NCBI RefSeq assembly: GCF_902713615.1
Contig: NC_052149.1
Span: 233,156,069 to 233,220,068 of the forward strand
Length of the DNA: 64,000 nucleotides
Origin: Scyliorhinus canicula
Lineage: Eukaryota
Direction of reading: 5' to 3'
Below the pieces are notes generated by a model. It was not told the DNA's origin, searched no databases, and worked only from the letters and a program-made list of their open reading frames with translations. Each line of letters begins with the position of its first letter. Positions within the stretch are counted from its first letter, which is position 1. The translations under genes and the position numbers were made by a program. This document shows, piece by piece, positions 37,529 to 49,290 of this stretch.

Positions 37529-38552
37529 ACATAGAAAAGCAAGAGCAGCAATGCATGGGAACACCCACCGCCTGCACGTTTCCTTCAAACCACTCCTCAT
37601 CCTGACCGGAATCGAATCACTGTTCTGTCGCTGGGTCAAAATCCTGGAATTCCCTTCCTGTGGGTGTACCTACGCAACTTGGACTGCGGACATTCCAGAA
37701 GGCAGCTTATCACTACCTCAAATAGAGATGGGCAACAAATTCTGGCTTAGCCAGTGACGCCCACATCCTAAGGAAGAATAAAACTATGGTTCTGAGGTGG
37801 AAGGTACGCATTGGGAGAATGGGAAATAAACTTTGATTTCAAAATATTGAGTTTACATGAAGAGGAGGCAGGCAGTATGCAGAATGACGTTTTTGGAGAA
37901 GGGAGCAAGATGAAGAGGGTAAAATGCAGAGGCACCAAAGTCCGAGTAGCATCAGAGAGAGGAAGAGTAAAGACGGGACAGAGAATTTCAGAGAACATGG
38001 TCATCCATCAGAACAGATTGGATTTGTAAAATATCCTGGCCGCGGCTTTTATAGTCATGTGAATAAAACGAGTGTAAAAGGAAACGGTATCAAAGAGAAG
38101 GATTGTTGGCCTTAATAATTAAACATTCTTGCCTTGACAAGCTGGATAGTGGGTGCCTTTTCTTTTCCCTCCCAAGTATATATCCAAGTTCCATTTCAAA
38201 GCTGCGAATCAATCTACTCCCACTGCCTTTTCGGGCAGTGCATTCCAGATCAAAATTTAGTCTGCATTAGATTTGGATGAAGGCATAAACTTCCTCGACT
38301 CTGCGCCCTGTGATGTGCCTTGGGTGCAATCTCCTACTTCGCTAATCTCCAGTTTTTTATTTCCCGGTAAGGGCAGTTCTATGCTGTGACCTCCTGTCCA
38401 CAGGAACTCGATGGAGACCGTTTGAATACATTTGGTTTACAACCCTGCAGCTAGCAGTTGGGGGGCACCTATATTTGGACCAGGGTCAAAGAGATGGAAG
38501 TCTGTGTGTGTGTACAATCATTCAGCCGAGCTTTCCTCTGATTCACTTTCAG

Positions 38553-38720
38553 CTATTATGCAAAGCTACGACAGCAGGAGTTGGAACGGGAGCGTGAGCT
38601 AGCGGAGAAGTACCGTGACCGAGCGAGGGAGAGACGAGATGGCGTGAACAAAGATTATGAAGAAACTGAGCTCATCAGCACGACAGCAAACTATAGAGCA
38701 GTCGGGCCAACCGCTGAGGC
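38553..38720 (+). CDS. IK: IK exon 5
   Basis: tttcag|C TAT TAT...GAG GC|gtaagt; YYAKLRQQELERERELAEKYRDRARERRDGVNKDYEETELISTTANYRAVGPTAEA. Confidence 0.97.
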
Positions 38721-39338
38721 GTAAGTTTAGAAGCATAATTGATTCAATTCAGCCTTCCAAGGCAGTTATATAGTCCTCAGCAATGTTCCTGCTGCACTAC
38801 TCATGTACGCGTCCATCCTGAAAGATACCTTGCAGCAGGTATTTTATTGTGCTAAATGATGTGGGGGGAAACGTCACGGCACTGTGCTTGAATAAAACTA
38901 GCTGTGAACAAGCAGAATATTTTGTAGGGAACATTGATCCTAGTCACTTAGTACAGCCTTTATATCAACCAGAAAGGACAACAGTTTTCTGTTTGAATTA
39001 ATGTCAGTTTTGACATTGTTGATTGGATGGTGCTTCAGCAGAAATGCTGTGCTTACACATCTAGTTCCCCATCCCATTGAGGTGCGCTAAATGCAAAATC
39101 AATCACATGTAAATCACCTTGTTAATGTTCAGTACCCTACTTTGCACTGAATCCCCTCTGATTTCCCATCAGAAGTAGTGTGGGCGTTACAGTTACCACT
39201 CTGCACTGACTAGTTTAAGCAAAGCTGTGCAGGTCAAAATGGAACTTGAAACAATTGGGCAGATGATCATTGGACAGAGGGAAGAGAAAATGCTGGAAAA
39301 TCTCAGCAGGTCTGGCAGCATCTGCAGGGAGAGAAAAG

Positions 39339-39376
39339 AGCTAACGTTTCGAGTCCAATGACTCTTTGTCAAAGCT
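39339..39376 (-). ncRNA. Minimal type I hammerhead ribozyme motif (U3-A8 core variant) at the 5' end of a 93-bp insertion (39283-39375)
   Basis: Minus strand: AGCU-UUGACAA-A-GAGUC-AUUG-GACUC-GAAA-CG-UU-AGCU. 12-bp TSD tggacagaggga at 39271-39282 and 39376-39387. Confidence 0.65.
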
Positions 39377-40052
39377 GGACAGAGGGACGATGCTGTTCTC
39401 TTCGTGTTCTAATGGGTCGATCATCCGCTTTAAGTGCTGCGACTATCGTTTTGTTTAAATTCAGACGAGGCTGCTGATGGCTGAGACCATGTGCATCCCA
39501 TGTGGATGGCGTAGCTTCCTTGATGTATGGGAAAGGGGCTGGTGAAGGCTGGTGGGCACTTAAGGCAATTTAAAATCCCTCTTCCGTTTGCTATGAGTCT
39601 TCCTGGGACATTCTTTTTTTATATATAAATTTAGAATACCCAATTCATTTTTTTCCAATTAGGGGGCAATTTAGCGAGGCCAATCAACCTACCCTGCACA
39701 TCTTTTGGGTTGTGGGGGTGAAACCCACGCAAACACGGGGAGAATGAGCAAACTTCACACGGACAGTGACCCAGAGCCGGGATCGAACCTGGGACCTCAG
39801 CGCCGTGAGGCCGCAGTGCTAACCACTGCGCCACCGTGGTGCCACCTTTCTGGGACGTTCTGACTGAACATCGCTGCGGCAGTTATAAAATTGTTGTTTT
39901 CTTTTTTAAAGGTACAAATATCTATAAGACAAATATTTTCTTGATTTAAAAGCACGTTGAACAAGTATTATACCATTTTTAGGTTGTCTTCTGAAAGACA
40001 TCTGGAGTTACCTGAAGTTCATTTCTTTCTTTTTTCTTTCTTTCTGACACAG

Positions 40053-40167
40053 CGATAAGTCTGCTGCTGAAAAGCGACGGCAACTGATTCAGGAGTCCAA
40101 GTTCTTGGGTGGTGACATGGAGCACACTCACTTGGTGAAAGGGTTGGACTTTGCCCTGCTGCAAAAG
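40053..40167 (+). CDS. IK: IK exon 6
   Basis: acacag|C GAT AAG...CAA AAG|gtcagc; DKSAAEKRRQLIQESKFLGGDMEHTHLVKGLDFALLQK (RED_N motif). Confidence 0.97.
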
Positions 40168-40745
40168 GTCAGCATCTGTCCACTTGGAGAGAGAAATAAC
40201 AGCTAAGGTCCAGGAGAGCGAACTGTGTCCAGATACCTTCTGGGTTACTTGGGTGTGATTGACGTATGAGATGCAGTTTTTCCATTAGCTGCACTGGAAA
40301 GGGAACAATTTGAATCACTTGTTCCTTAAGTGTCTGTTGTGCCTCAGTTGGAAGGTTGAGAGTTTCACTGTAGAGTCTTCAGTATATAATCTAGATTGAT
40401 GCTTTCGGGCAGTACTGTCGGAGGTTCCGTCTTTAGAATATGGATAATTTAATCTGAAGCCCTGTCTGCCCCCTCAGGTGAACATAAAAGAACCCATCAC
40501 AGAAAAGCAGCAGGAGTGTTCTCCCCCTTGTCCCAGCCCCAATATTTATGCCTCAACTAATACCTGGGGGAAACAAAATAGATTGTATGGTCATAGATTT
40601 TTGTGGGAGCTTGCAAACTGGCTGTTGCCTTTTCCTTAAGTTCAACAGTAACTATGGTTCAAAAGTAATTTGTAGAATCATAGAATTTACCGTGCAGAAG
40701 GAGGCCATTCGGCCCATTGAGTCTGCACCGTCCTTGGAAAGCTCA

Positions 40746-40882
40746 CTTTTTTTTAAAAATACTTTTTATTCTCCTTTTTCACATTTTCTCTCAAATGTTT
40801 ACACCCACCAACAATTAACAAATATTTCAATCCCCATGTCAATAACAACAATCCCATCCTCCCACCAAACCCCAAACATTAG

Positions 40883-40922
<40 letters not shown>

Positions 40923-43175
40923 CCCACAACGCGCTCACACATCTTCTACTCCTTCAAAGAATCGGCTCATCCTCGCCCTCGTGAGTTGTGCTCTGTATTT
41001 TACCTTCAGCTGCTTCAGCCCCAACCTCGCGCACGAGGTGGAGGCATTCACCAGAACCCCTCCTCCATACCCTCTCCCAACTCTTCCTCCCACTTTGCTT
41101 TTGATCCCTTCTAGTGGTGCCTTCTCCTCTTCCAAAATACCTCCGTAAACCCCATTCTCCAGTCCCCCTGTTGTCAGCACCTCCTCCTGCAATGTGGAGG
41201 CCGGCTCCACTGGGAAGCTCTGTATCTCCTATGAGGCAAAATCTCGAACCTGCATGTATCTAAACATTTCCCCCTGCTCCAGCCCATACTTCGCTTCCAG
41301 CTCCTTCAATCCTGCAAACCGACCCCTAAGAAACAAATCTTTTAGTGTCTTAATCCTCTTCTCCCATTTCCGAAAATTTCCATCCCACTTCCCTGGCTCA
41401 AATCTGTGGTTCCCCCGAATCGGCATTTCCCTTGACCCTGCCCCCGACCCGAAGTGTTGGCGAAACTGCCTCCAAATTCTCAATGAAGCTATTATTACCG
41501 GACTCCCTGAGTATTTCCCCGGGGCCATTGGGAGCAGGGCTGTTGCTAGTGCTTTCAATCCTGACCACCCTCACAAACTCCCCTCCATTCTGACCCACTG
41601 GGAATCAACCCCTCTGACCCAGCTCCGCACCTTCTCCACATTCGTCGCCCAGTAGTAGTACACCAGGTTCGGGAGACCCAAACCCCCTGCCTGCCTTCCC
41701 CTCTGTAGCAGCACCTTTCTAACTCTGACCACCTTCCCATCCCATATGAACAAAGTAATCCTTCTCTCAATCTCTCTGAAAAAAGACTTTGGCAGGAAAA
41801 TCATCAGTCATTGAAAAATAAACAGAAATTGCGGCAACACGTTCACTTTAATTGCCTGTACCCGACCCGCCAGTGACAGAGGGAGACCATCCCACCTTGC
41901 CAATCAGCTTTCTCTCTCCCCACCAAACTAGAGATGTTGTACCTGCGGAACCCTCCCCCATCTCCCCCCCCACTCCCCCCACCCCAACTCCTGGGCAACC
42001 TGTAACCCCAGGTACCTAAAGTGAGTCCCTGCCCTACGGAATGGCATCCCCCCACCCCCGGCCGAGACATCAGAAAATATTCACTCTTGTCTAGATTTAG
42101 TTTGTACCCCGAGAAAGATCCAAACGCTCGAAGCAGCTCCAATATTTCCCCTATCGACACACTTGGGTCCGACATATATAACAGCAAGCCATCGGCATGT
42201 GAGGACACCCTATGCTCTATCACACACACCACCCCCCTCCCTCCCGCACTATTCCTTTCCATCCCCCGAACTTCTTAATGCGATGGCCAATGGCTTAATC
42301 ACGAGTGCAAACAGCAGGGGGGGCATAGGACATCCCTGCCTAGTCCCACAGTGGAGAGAACAGTATCTCGAGCTGATGTTGTTTGTGCGGACACACCCTC
42401 GGCTCCTTATATAGTAGCTTTACCCAATTCACAAATCTTGGTCCAATCCCAAACCGCTCCAGAACTGCCATCAAGTACCCCCAGTATACCCGGTCAAACG
42501 CCTTCTCAGCGTCCAATGCCACAACCACCTCTGTTTCCTCCCCTCCGCCGGTGCCATAACGACATTCAACACCTTTCTAACGTTCCAAAAGAGCTGCCTC
42601 CCTCTCACGAACCCCGTCTGATCTTCACCTCTCACCTTCGGGAGGCACTCCTCTAGCCTACCCGCCAGTACCTTCGCCAATACTTTTGCGTCCACATTCA
42701 AAAGTGATATGGGTCTATACGACCCACACCGTCGGATCCTGATCTTTTTTTTAGCAACAGTGAAATCAATGCCTGCCCTAAGGTTTGTGGCAACACCCCT
42801 TTCCCTATCGCCTCTTCAAATATCCCACCATCAGGGGTGCCAGCTTATCCTTGAATTTTTTATAATATTCCACCGGAAACCCATCTGGCCCTGCCACCTT
42901 CCCCGACTGCATTCTCCCAACCGCATCTTTTATCTCCTGCTCCACTATCACTCCTTCTAATGTAGTCCTGTCCCCCTTCCCTAACCTCGGGTACTCTAAC
43001 CCATCTAGAAATTCCTGCATCTCCTGGTCTCCCCCAGGTGGCTCTGACCTGTACAACCTCTCATAAAATTCCTCAGACCTTGTTAATCAGATCCGGAGCC
43101 ACCACCAACTTCCCTGCCCTATCCCTCACCTGAACAATTTCCCTTACAGCTGCCTCCCTCCGGAGCTGACCTGCT
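40746..43175 (-). mobile_element. Older, decayed L1-clade fragment (different subfamily)
   Basis: Fragmented ORF2 pieces ([41 protein letters not shown]) and a poly-T/tttatt 3' end. Confidence 0.85.
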
Positions 43176-43814
43176 AACATACCTGCCTTATCTCCATGTT
43201 CGTAAACTGCACCCCATTGTTGGCTGTATGGTGCTTTGAGACATCCTTAGGTGACAAAAAGCACTGAGCAAATGCAAGTCCTTTCTTCCTGTTGCTAAGA
43301 ATTGCCATGAGATCCAATGGGTACACTTTTGGTTTGAGTAAAGCCTCCTGGGCAAATAAATGAAGGAGAATATTAATGGATATAGGTTCTCCCTCTCTGC
43401 CTTGTTTCTCTTGCCTCTTGGTCATCCGCAAGTCTTCATCACTCTTATCATCCAACCAATACACAAAGACTCTCCCAGCGTCAGATTTTTGCAAATCTGG
43501 CCTTCATCTGTACTTTTTTTTAAATGTTTTGTGTACTACCGTGGTTCAATGAGCTTGACTGCCCAAGTTATTCCAACCTAAATTGGTGGGGTTGCCATGG
43601 GTCCTACAGGAGAATGTGACGCCAAACCTTACAATATTGTTAACTTCAGTGCTTTTACTCCTCAACTGAAGGATTACTTTTCTGGGTGATTCAGGGTGAC
43701 ATTTTACCAATCTGGCCCCCACATTCAGGATGTAGCAACCAAATGAAAAATTAGAATGGGAAGAGAGGCAGAGCAGAAACTGGGATTTAAAACTTCAAAA
43801 GCTATCTTAAAAAT

Positions 43815-44343
43815 GGACCCCCCCCAAACCCGGGCCGGGTGGCAGAATCGCCGGGGCGCTGCGCAAATCGCGCCACGCCACCCCGACCCCCGCACGTGAT
43901 TCTCCCACACACCCCAAAACCAGCCCCACGCGAATCGCGCCGGGCCGTTCAGAGAATCGCTGCGAGCGGCGGTTCTCCGGCCCGGATGGGCCAAACGGGC
44001 GCTCCAACACAACAGGGTCCCGCCGGCGCCGTCTACCCCTGGTCGCTGCCGGCGGGAACTCTGCGGGAACGCTCCGGGGGTGGCCTGTTTGTGGGTGGGG
44101 GGGCTCCTTCAACGGGGGGGGCCTCCGAAGGGGTCTGGCCCACGGTCGGGATCCACCGCGTATGCGCGAGTTGGCACGGTGCCCATTTGGCGCCACGTAC
44201 AGAGGCTGGAGCGGTGTGAACTGCTCCAGCTTTTGTGCTGGCCCCCTGTGGGGGCCAGAATAGGACGTTCGCGGGTCCTGTTCGCGCTGTCGTGAAACAC
44301 GACGGCGCGAACACTTGGCCGCGATATCGGAGAATCGCCCCCC
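43815..44343. mobile_element. GC/CpG-rich non-coding repeat ending in ggagaatcgccccc (probable MITE-like family)
   Basis: Shares gagaatcgcc/gattctcc motifs and terminus type with 53190-53874 and 63468-63775. Confidence 0.55.
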
Positions 44344-44556
44344 TGGTATCTGACTACTTTTTTAATCAGGAGGGGGATTTTCTATTTTGACAGAGCCAGG
44401 TTTCTACAGCTCCTGGGCGTGTTAAGGGTTAATGCAGCCATTCAATGACATTTTTAAACTTCAGTGTACCTGCCTCTTGCTAGGTTTTGGTGATCAAATT
44501 AGAATCAGGAAACATTTCAAGTCAGGCTAACTAATTCCTCCTGATGTTTTTAACAG

Positions 44557-44627
44557 GTCCGTGCAGAAATCACCAGCAAAGAGAGGGAAGAAGAAGATCT
44601 GATTGAGAAAGTGCAGAAGGAAGTGAA
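44557..44627 (+). CDS. IK: IK exon 7
   Basis: taacag|GTC CGT...GTG AA|gtaagt; VRAEITSKEREEEDLIEKVQKEVK. Confidence 0.95.
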
Positions 44628-44729
44628 GTAAGTGATTTATAATTATGTTACATCTGTAGTGAAAAGAGAGGATTCGGTATAAAGACTGATGTCACACCGA
44701 TTCATAAGCATTTGTCACCTTCAATCTAA

Positions 44730-45245
44730 AGAAAGATATACTGGCATTGGATGCCGTCCAGAGAAGATTCACGAGGTTGATCCTGGGTATGGAGGGATTT
44801 TTCTATGAGGAGAGGGTGTGTTGGGCCTGTACTCATTGGAGTAGAAGAATGAGAGACAACCTTATTGAGACCTACAGCATTCTCAGGAGGCTTGACAGGG
44901 TCAATACTGAGAGGTTGTTTCCTCTTGTGGGAGAGCCTGGGACCAGAGGGCATCATCTCAGAGTAAGGCGTTGCTCACTTAAGACCAAGATGAGGAGGAA
45001 TTTCTTCTCTCAGAGGGTAGTGAATCTGTGGAATTCTTTACCGCAGAGAGCTGTAGAGGGTGGGTCGTTAAATATGTTCAAGGCTGAGGTTGACATTTTT
45101 AATCAGTAAGTGAATCAAGAGTTATGGGGATAAAGCAAGAAAGTGGAGCTGAAGATTTTCACATCAGATCAGTCATGATTCTCATTGAATGGCGGAGCAG
45201 ACTCGATGGGCCGAAGGGCCTACTTCTGCTCCAATATTTTATGGG
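44730..45245 (+). mobile_element. CR1 3' fragment
   Basis: AVQRRFTRLI...TRGH...FFSQRVVNLWNSLP. Confidence 0.85.
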
Positions 45246-46835
45246 AAGAAAACCCAGAAATGCATTTAATTGACTTTAATTGTACAAACTTTTAATTGTG
45301 CAGCAAGATAAAATTGGCAAAATGTCAAAGCCATTATGGCATAGAGGGAGACCATTTGGCCTGTCGAGTCCATGCCGGTCCTGTAGAGTAATCCTGTCAG
45401 TCCCATTTTCCCGCTCTATCCCCATTGTCCTACAGGTTTATTCCCCTGTTGGTAGCCACCTTTCTGGTGGCAGTGATGAAAGACATTTGAGCTGATGAAT
45501 TCAGTATTAAACTACCTGTTACCAGCCCAATGTGCAAACTCCACACGGACAGTGACCCGGAGCCGGGATCGAACCCGGGTCCTTGGTGCTGTAAACAGCA
45601 ACTAAGGGGCAATTTAACATGGCCAAACCATCTAACCTATACATCTTTGGACTGTGGGAGGAAACTGGAGCACCTGGAAGAAACCCACGCAGTCATGGGG
45701 AGAACGTGCAACCTCCGCACAGACAGTGACCCAAGGCCGGAATTGAGCCCAGGACCCTGACGTTGTAAGGCAGCAGTGCTAACCACTGAGTGGAGAGGTT
45801 GAGTTGAAGGGTTAAATTGGCATAGACAAGATGGGCCAAATGGTCTCCTGTTCAATAATGTTTCTATAATTCTATAAGGTACAAGTTGCATTTACTTAGC
45901 ACTCCTTTGAATATGGAGTACGGGTGAACTAAGTGACCTGATTAAGATGATTGAAGCATTTCATCAGGTAGGTAGAGAAAACCCATTTCCTCCAATGCAG
46001 GGTCCAGAACAAGGGGCATAAACTTAAAATTAGAGCTGGACTGTTCAGGGGTGATGTCAGGAATCACTTTTTCACACAAAGGAGAGAGGGCAGCACGGTA
46101 GCACAAGTGGTCAGCACTGTGGCTTCACAGCGCCAGGGGCCCAGGTTCGATTCCCAGCTTGGGTCACTACCTGTGAGGAGTCTGCACGTTCTCCCCGTGT
46201 CTGCGTGGGTTTCCTCCGGGTGCTCCAGTTTCCTCCCACAGTCCAAAGGCGTGCTTGTTAGGTGGATTGGCCATGCTAAAATTGCACTTCGTGTCCAAAA
46301 ACAAAGTTAGATAGGGTTATTGGGTTACGGGGATAGGGTGGAAGTGAGGGCTTAAATAGGTCGGTGCAGACTCGATGGGCCGAATGGCCTCCTTCTGCAC
46401 TGTATGTTCTATGAAATGCCACATTCTCTCTGGATCAGTTGAAAGTTTCAAAATTGAGATTGATCAGTTTTTGACATGCAACCAAAATGGTTTACTGTAG
46501 TTAATAGATTTAACATGATTATCATTGAATGGCAAAACAGATTTGAGTGGCTGAATGGTCTCTTTTGATCCGATGACACTACACCCCAGGAATTATTTAC
46601 TGATCAATCAGTGCTACGTGTAAGTTTTAGTTTCCCAATCAGTTGGTCCAATTTGTTGTCGCAAATGTGCCCAGATTGAAGGGAGTACTGGATAGAGTTT
46701 GAATGTTTTTAATAATACCTTTCAGTGGGAGCCACTATTATTTTTGTTTGTTCACAGTGCAATGGTAATTTCTGGGAATTTCTGAGAGTTTTCACGATGG
46801 ATGTTAATCAGCAATTTTTTAAAATTATTTTTCAG

Positions 46836-46882
46836 GAAAGATGAAGACCCAGAACACAAAATAGAATTCAAGACTCGTTTGG
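46836..46882 (+). CDS. IK: IK exon 8
   Basis: tttcag|G AAA GAT...TTG G|gtaagc; KDEDPEHKIEFKTRLG. Confidence 0.95.
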
Positions 46883-47185
46883 GTAAGCAGCAACAGCTTC
46901 CGACACTTGACAATTGTGTGATAGTCGCTCCCGATGATTTCATTTGAAACAACGGAGCCTGGGTTTCCAGGTTGTATTGCCAACAATATTAAATGGAAAC
47001 AAAAGAGTTCAATTATACCACTTACATGGAGCATACATGAGGCTTGAATTCCTTTGGATATAGAAGATCAAGCAGTGATTTAATCTGCGGTGTTTGAAGT
47101 GGATAAATGACATTGCCTTGGGGTGACAGTGTCCAGGACCAGGGGGCATAATCTTAAAATGAGATGATGTGGAGATGCCGGCGTT

Positions 47186-47220
47186 CACCTGAGGAAGGAG
47201 CAGTGCTCCGAAAGCTAGTG
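47186..47220 (+). ncRNA. Intact minimal type I hammerhead ribozyme motif inside a ~104-bp insertion (47165-47268), sense in IK intron 8
   Basis: CAC-CUGAGGA-A-GGAGC-AGU-GCUCC-GAAA-GC-UA-GUG. 12-bp TSD cttaaaatgaga at 47153-47164 and 47269-47280. Confidence 0.72.
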
Positions 47221-47808
47221 TTTGAAACAACCCTGTTGGGCTTTAACCTGGTGTTGTAAGACTTCTTACTTAAAATGAGAGTTCATGGGTGCTGTCAGGA
47301 AGCATATCTTCACAGGGAGTAATGGGAATCTGGATCTCTCTTCCCCAACAAAGCCTTTGAGCCTGGAGAAGTCAATGAAAAATTTCAAAACTTTGTTAGA
47401 TTTTTGTTAGGCCACGATATTGAGGGATATAGAACTAAAGCAGGCAGATGGAGTTAAGATACAGCTTGGCCTTGATCTAATTGAATGGTGGAGTTGATTT
47501 GAGGCTGAATGGCCTCCTCCAAATGGCAACCCGTTCATTTTTAATAGGTCACCCAAGTGTTACAATTGGAAACCCAAGCTGGTGTCTCAATAACCGATAA
47601 TAAATCAATCCACAGCAGACTCCTTATATTCACTACGCTGGTCACGTGCAGTAATTACCCAATGTAGCCCCATCCCACTCAATTGTGGACAGATATGTAA
47701 TTGACTCAACATTGAAGGCAAACAAGGCAGTGATTAAACCAGGTTAAGAATTCCGTATGATTCAGTATTGATTTAATAGCTTAGTCTTGATCTTCTGTTC
47801 CTTTCCAG

Positions 47809-47972
47809 GGCGTAATGCATACCGTATCCTGTTTAAAATTAAGCCCCAAGAGCGAAATGAGCTGTTTTTGCCGGGGCGCATGGCATATGTCGTGGATCTG
47901 GACGATGAGTACGCAGATACAGATGTACCTACGACATTAATCAGGAGCAAAGCCGACTGTCCCACAATGGAG
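47809..47972 (+). CDS. IK: IK exon 9
   Basis: ttccag|GG CGT...ATG GAG|gtgaag; RNAYRILFKIKPQERNELFLPGRMAYVVDLDDEYADTDVPTTLIRSKADCPTME. Confidence 0.97.
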
Positions 47973-48224
47973 GTGAAGATTAGTCGGCATTCATTCTTTG
48001 TCTAATCGGACTTTAAAGGAGCCTTTAGACCTTGGGAGAGTTTTCCTTTAATGCTAGGTTTTGGGAAAATGACCCCAAGTTTGTGTCTGTATCACTGTTT
48101 TATATATGGCCCTGTTTATATATGGCTCTATGCCCCCTGTTGGCTGTGAAGAAATCCAGAGACACAGCTGGGACAATATCAGTAACAGGGACAGAATAGA
48201 AGTCATGCAGATGTATTCAGTACA

Positions 48225-48925
48225 ACGCAGAATTGTTACGGTGCGGAAGGAAGCCATTTGGCTCACTATATCTGCACTGGTTCTCCGAACGAGCAATTCA
48301 CCTGGTTCCATTTCCCTGCTATTTCCTTGTAATCCAGAACGTTCCTCCTTTCTTGATAATCTAATTCCTGTTTAAATGCTTCAATTGAATCTGCCTCCAC
48401 CACACTCTCAGGAAGTACATTCCAGGACCTAGCCAGCGGCTGCGTGGGGGGAAAGAAAATCCTCCTGTCACTTTCTTGCTTCTTTTACTAATCACTTTAA
48501 ATCCGTGCCCTCATGTTCTCAATCCTTTCTCAAGTGGGAACCGCTTTTCCCTGCATACTCTGTCCAGACCCCTCACGATTTTGAATATCTCTATCAAATC
48601 TCCTCTCCAAGGAACATTGTCCTAACTTATCCAACCTGTCTTCAGAACAAAGGTTCCTCATCCTTGCAACCATTCTTGTGAATCTTTTCTGCACCCGCTC
48701 TAATGCCCTGGTATCCTTCCTGAAGTACGCCACACAGAACTGAAAGTAATACTCCAGCTGAGGCCACACTAGTAACTTACACAAGTTCAACATGAGCACT
48801 TTGCTCTTGTACTCCATGTCCGTATTAATAAAGCCCAGGATACTGTATGTATCTTCAGCCAGCTGTCCTGCCACCTTCAATTACATATGCACATATACAC
48901 CCAGGTCCCTCTGCTCCTACACTCA
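48225..48925 (-). mobile_element. Decayed CR1 3' fragment
   Basis: ORF 48530-48880 LVWPQLEYYFQF...LERVQKRFTRM. Confidence 0.8.
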
Positions 48926-49181
48926 TCATGGTTTAGGCTGTTGTTCACTAAGGTTTCAGATGCCTTGTACGGCATTTTCAGCTTGTACTTCCAGCAAGTT
49001 ACAGTGCAAATTATATTTCAGCTGCATGGTGCAGGAAAATGTCTTTAACCCTCATGCAAGATGCCCCACTGCAGCAAGATTTAATCCCCATGGGATTGTG
49101 TACCATGTTGGTTCTGATTGCTTTGTAAAATTGTCGTAATTTTTGTTGCCTTGTCATGACCAATCTGTACTTCCTTTTCAG

Positions 49182-49290
49182 GCACAGACAACCTTGACCA
49201 CAAATGACATTGTGATCAATAAGCTCACTCAGATCCTGTCCTACCTGCGCCAGGGAACGCGTAACAAGAAGCTGAAAAAGAAGGATAAAG
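49182..49290 (+). CDS. IK: IK exon 10
   Basis: tttcag|GCA CAG...AAA G|gtaac; AQTTLTTNDIVINKLTQILSYLRQGTRNKKLKKKDKG. Confidence 0.97.

Noticed and set aside
43725-44314. Cluster of overlapping GC-rich ORFs or an internal CpG-island gene
   Set aside because: Stop-poor GC-rich repeat with related copies at 53190 and 63468, and no recognisable protein motifs.
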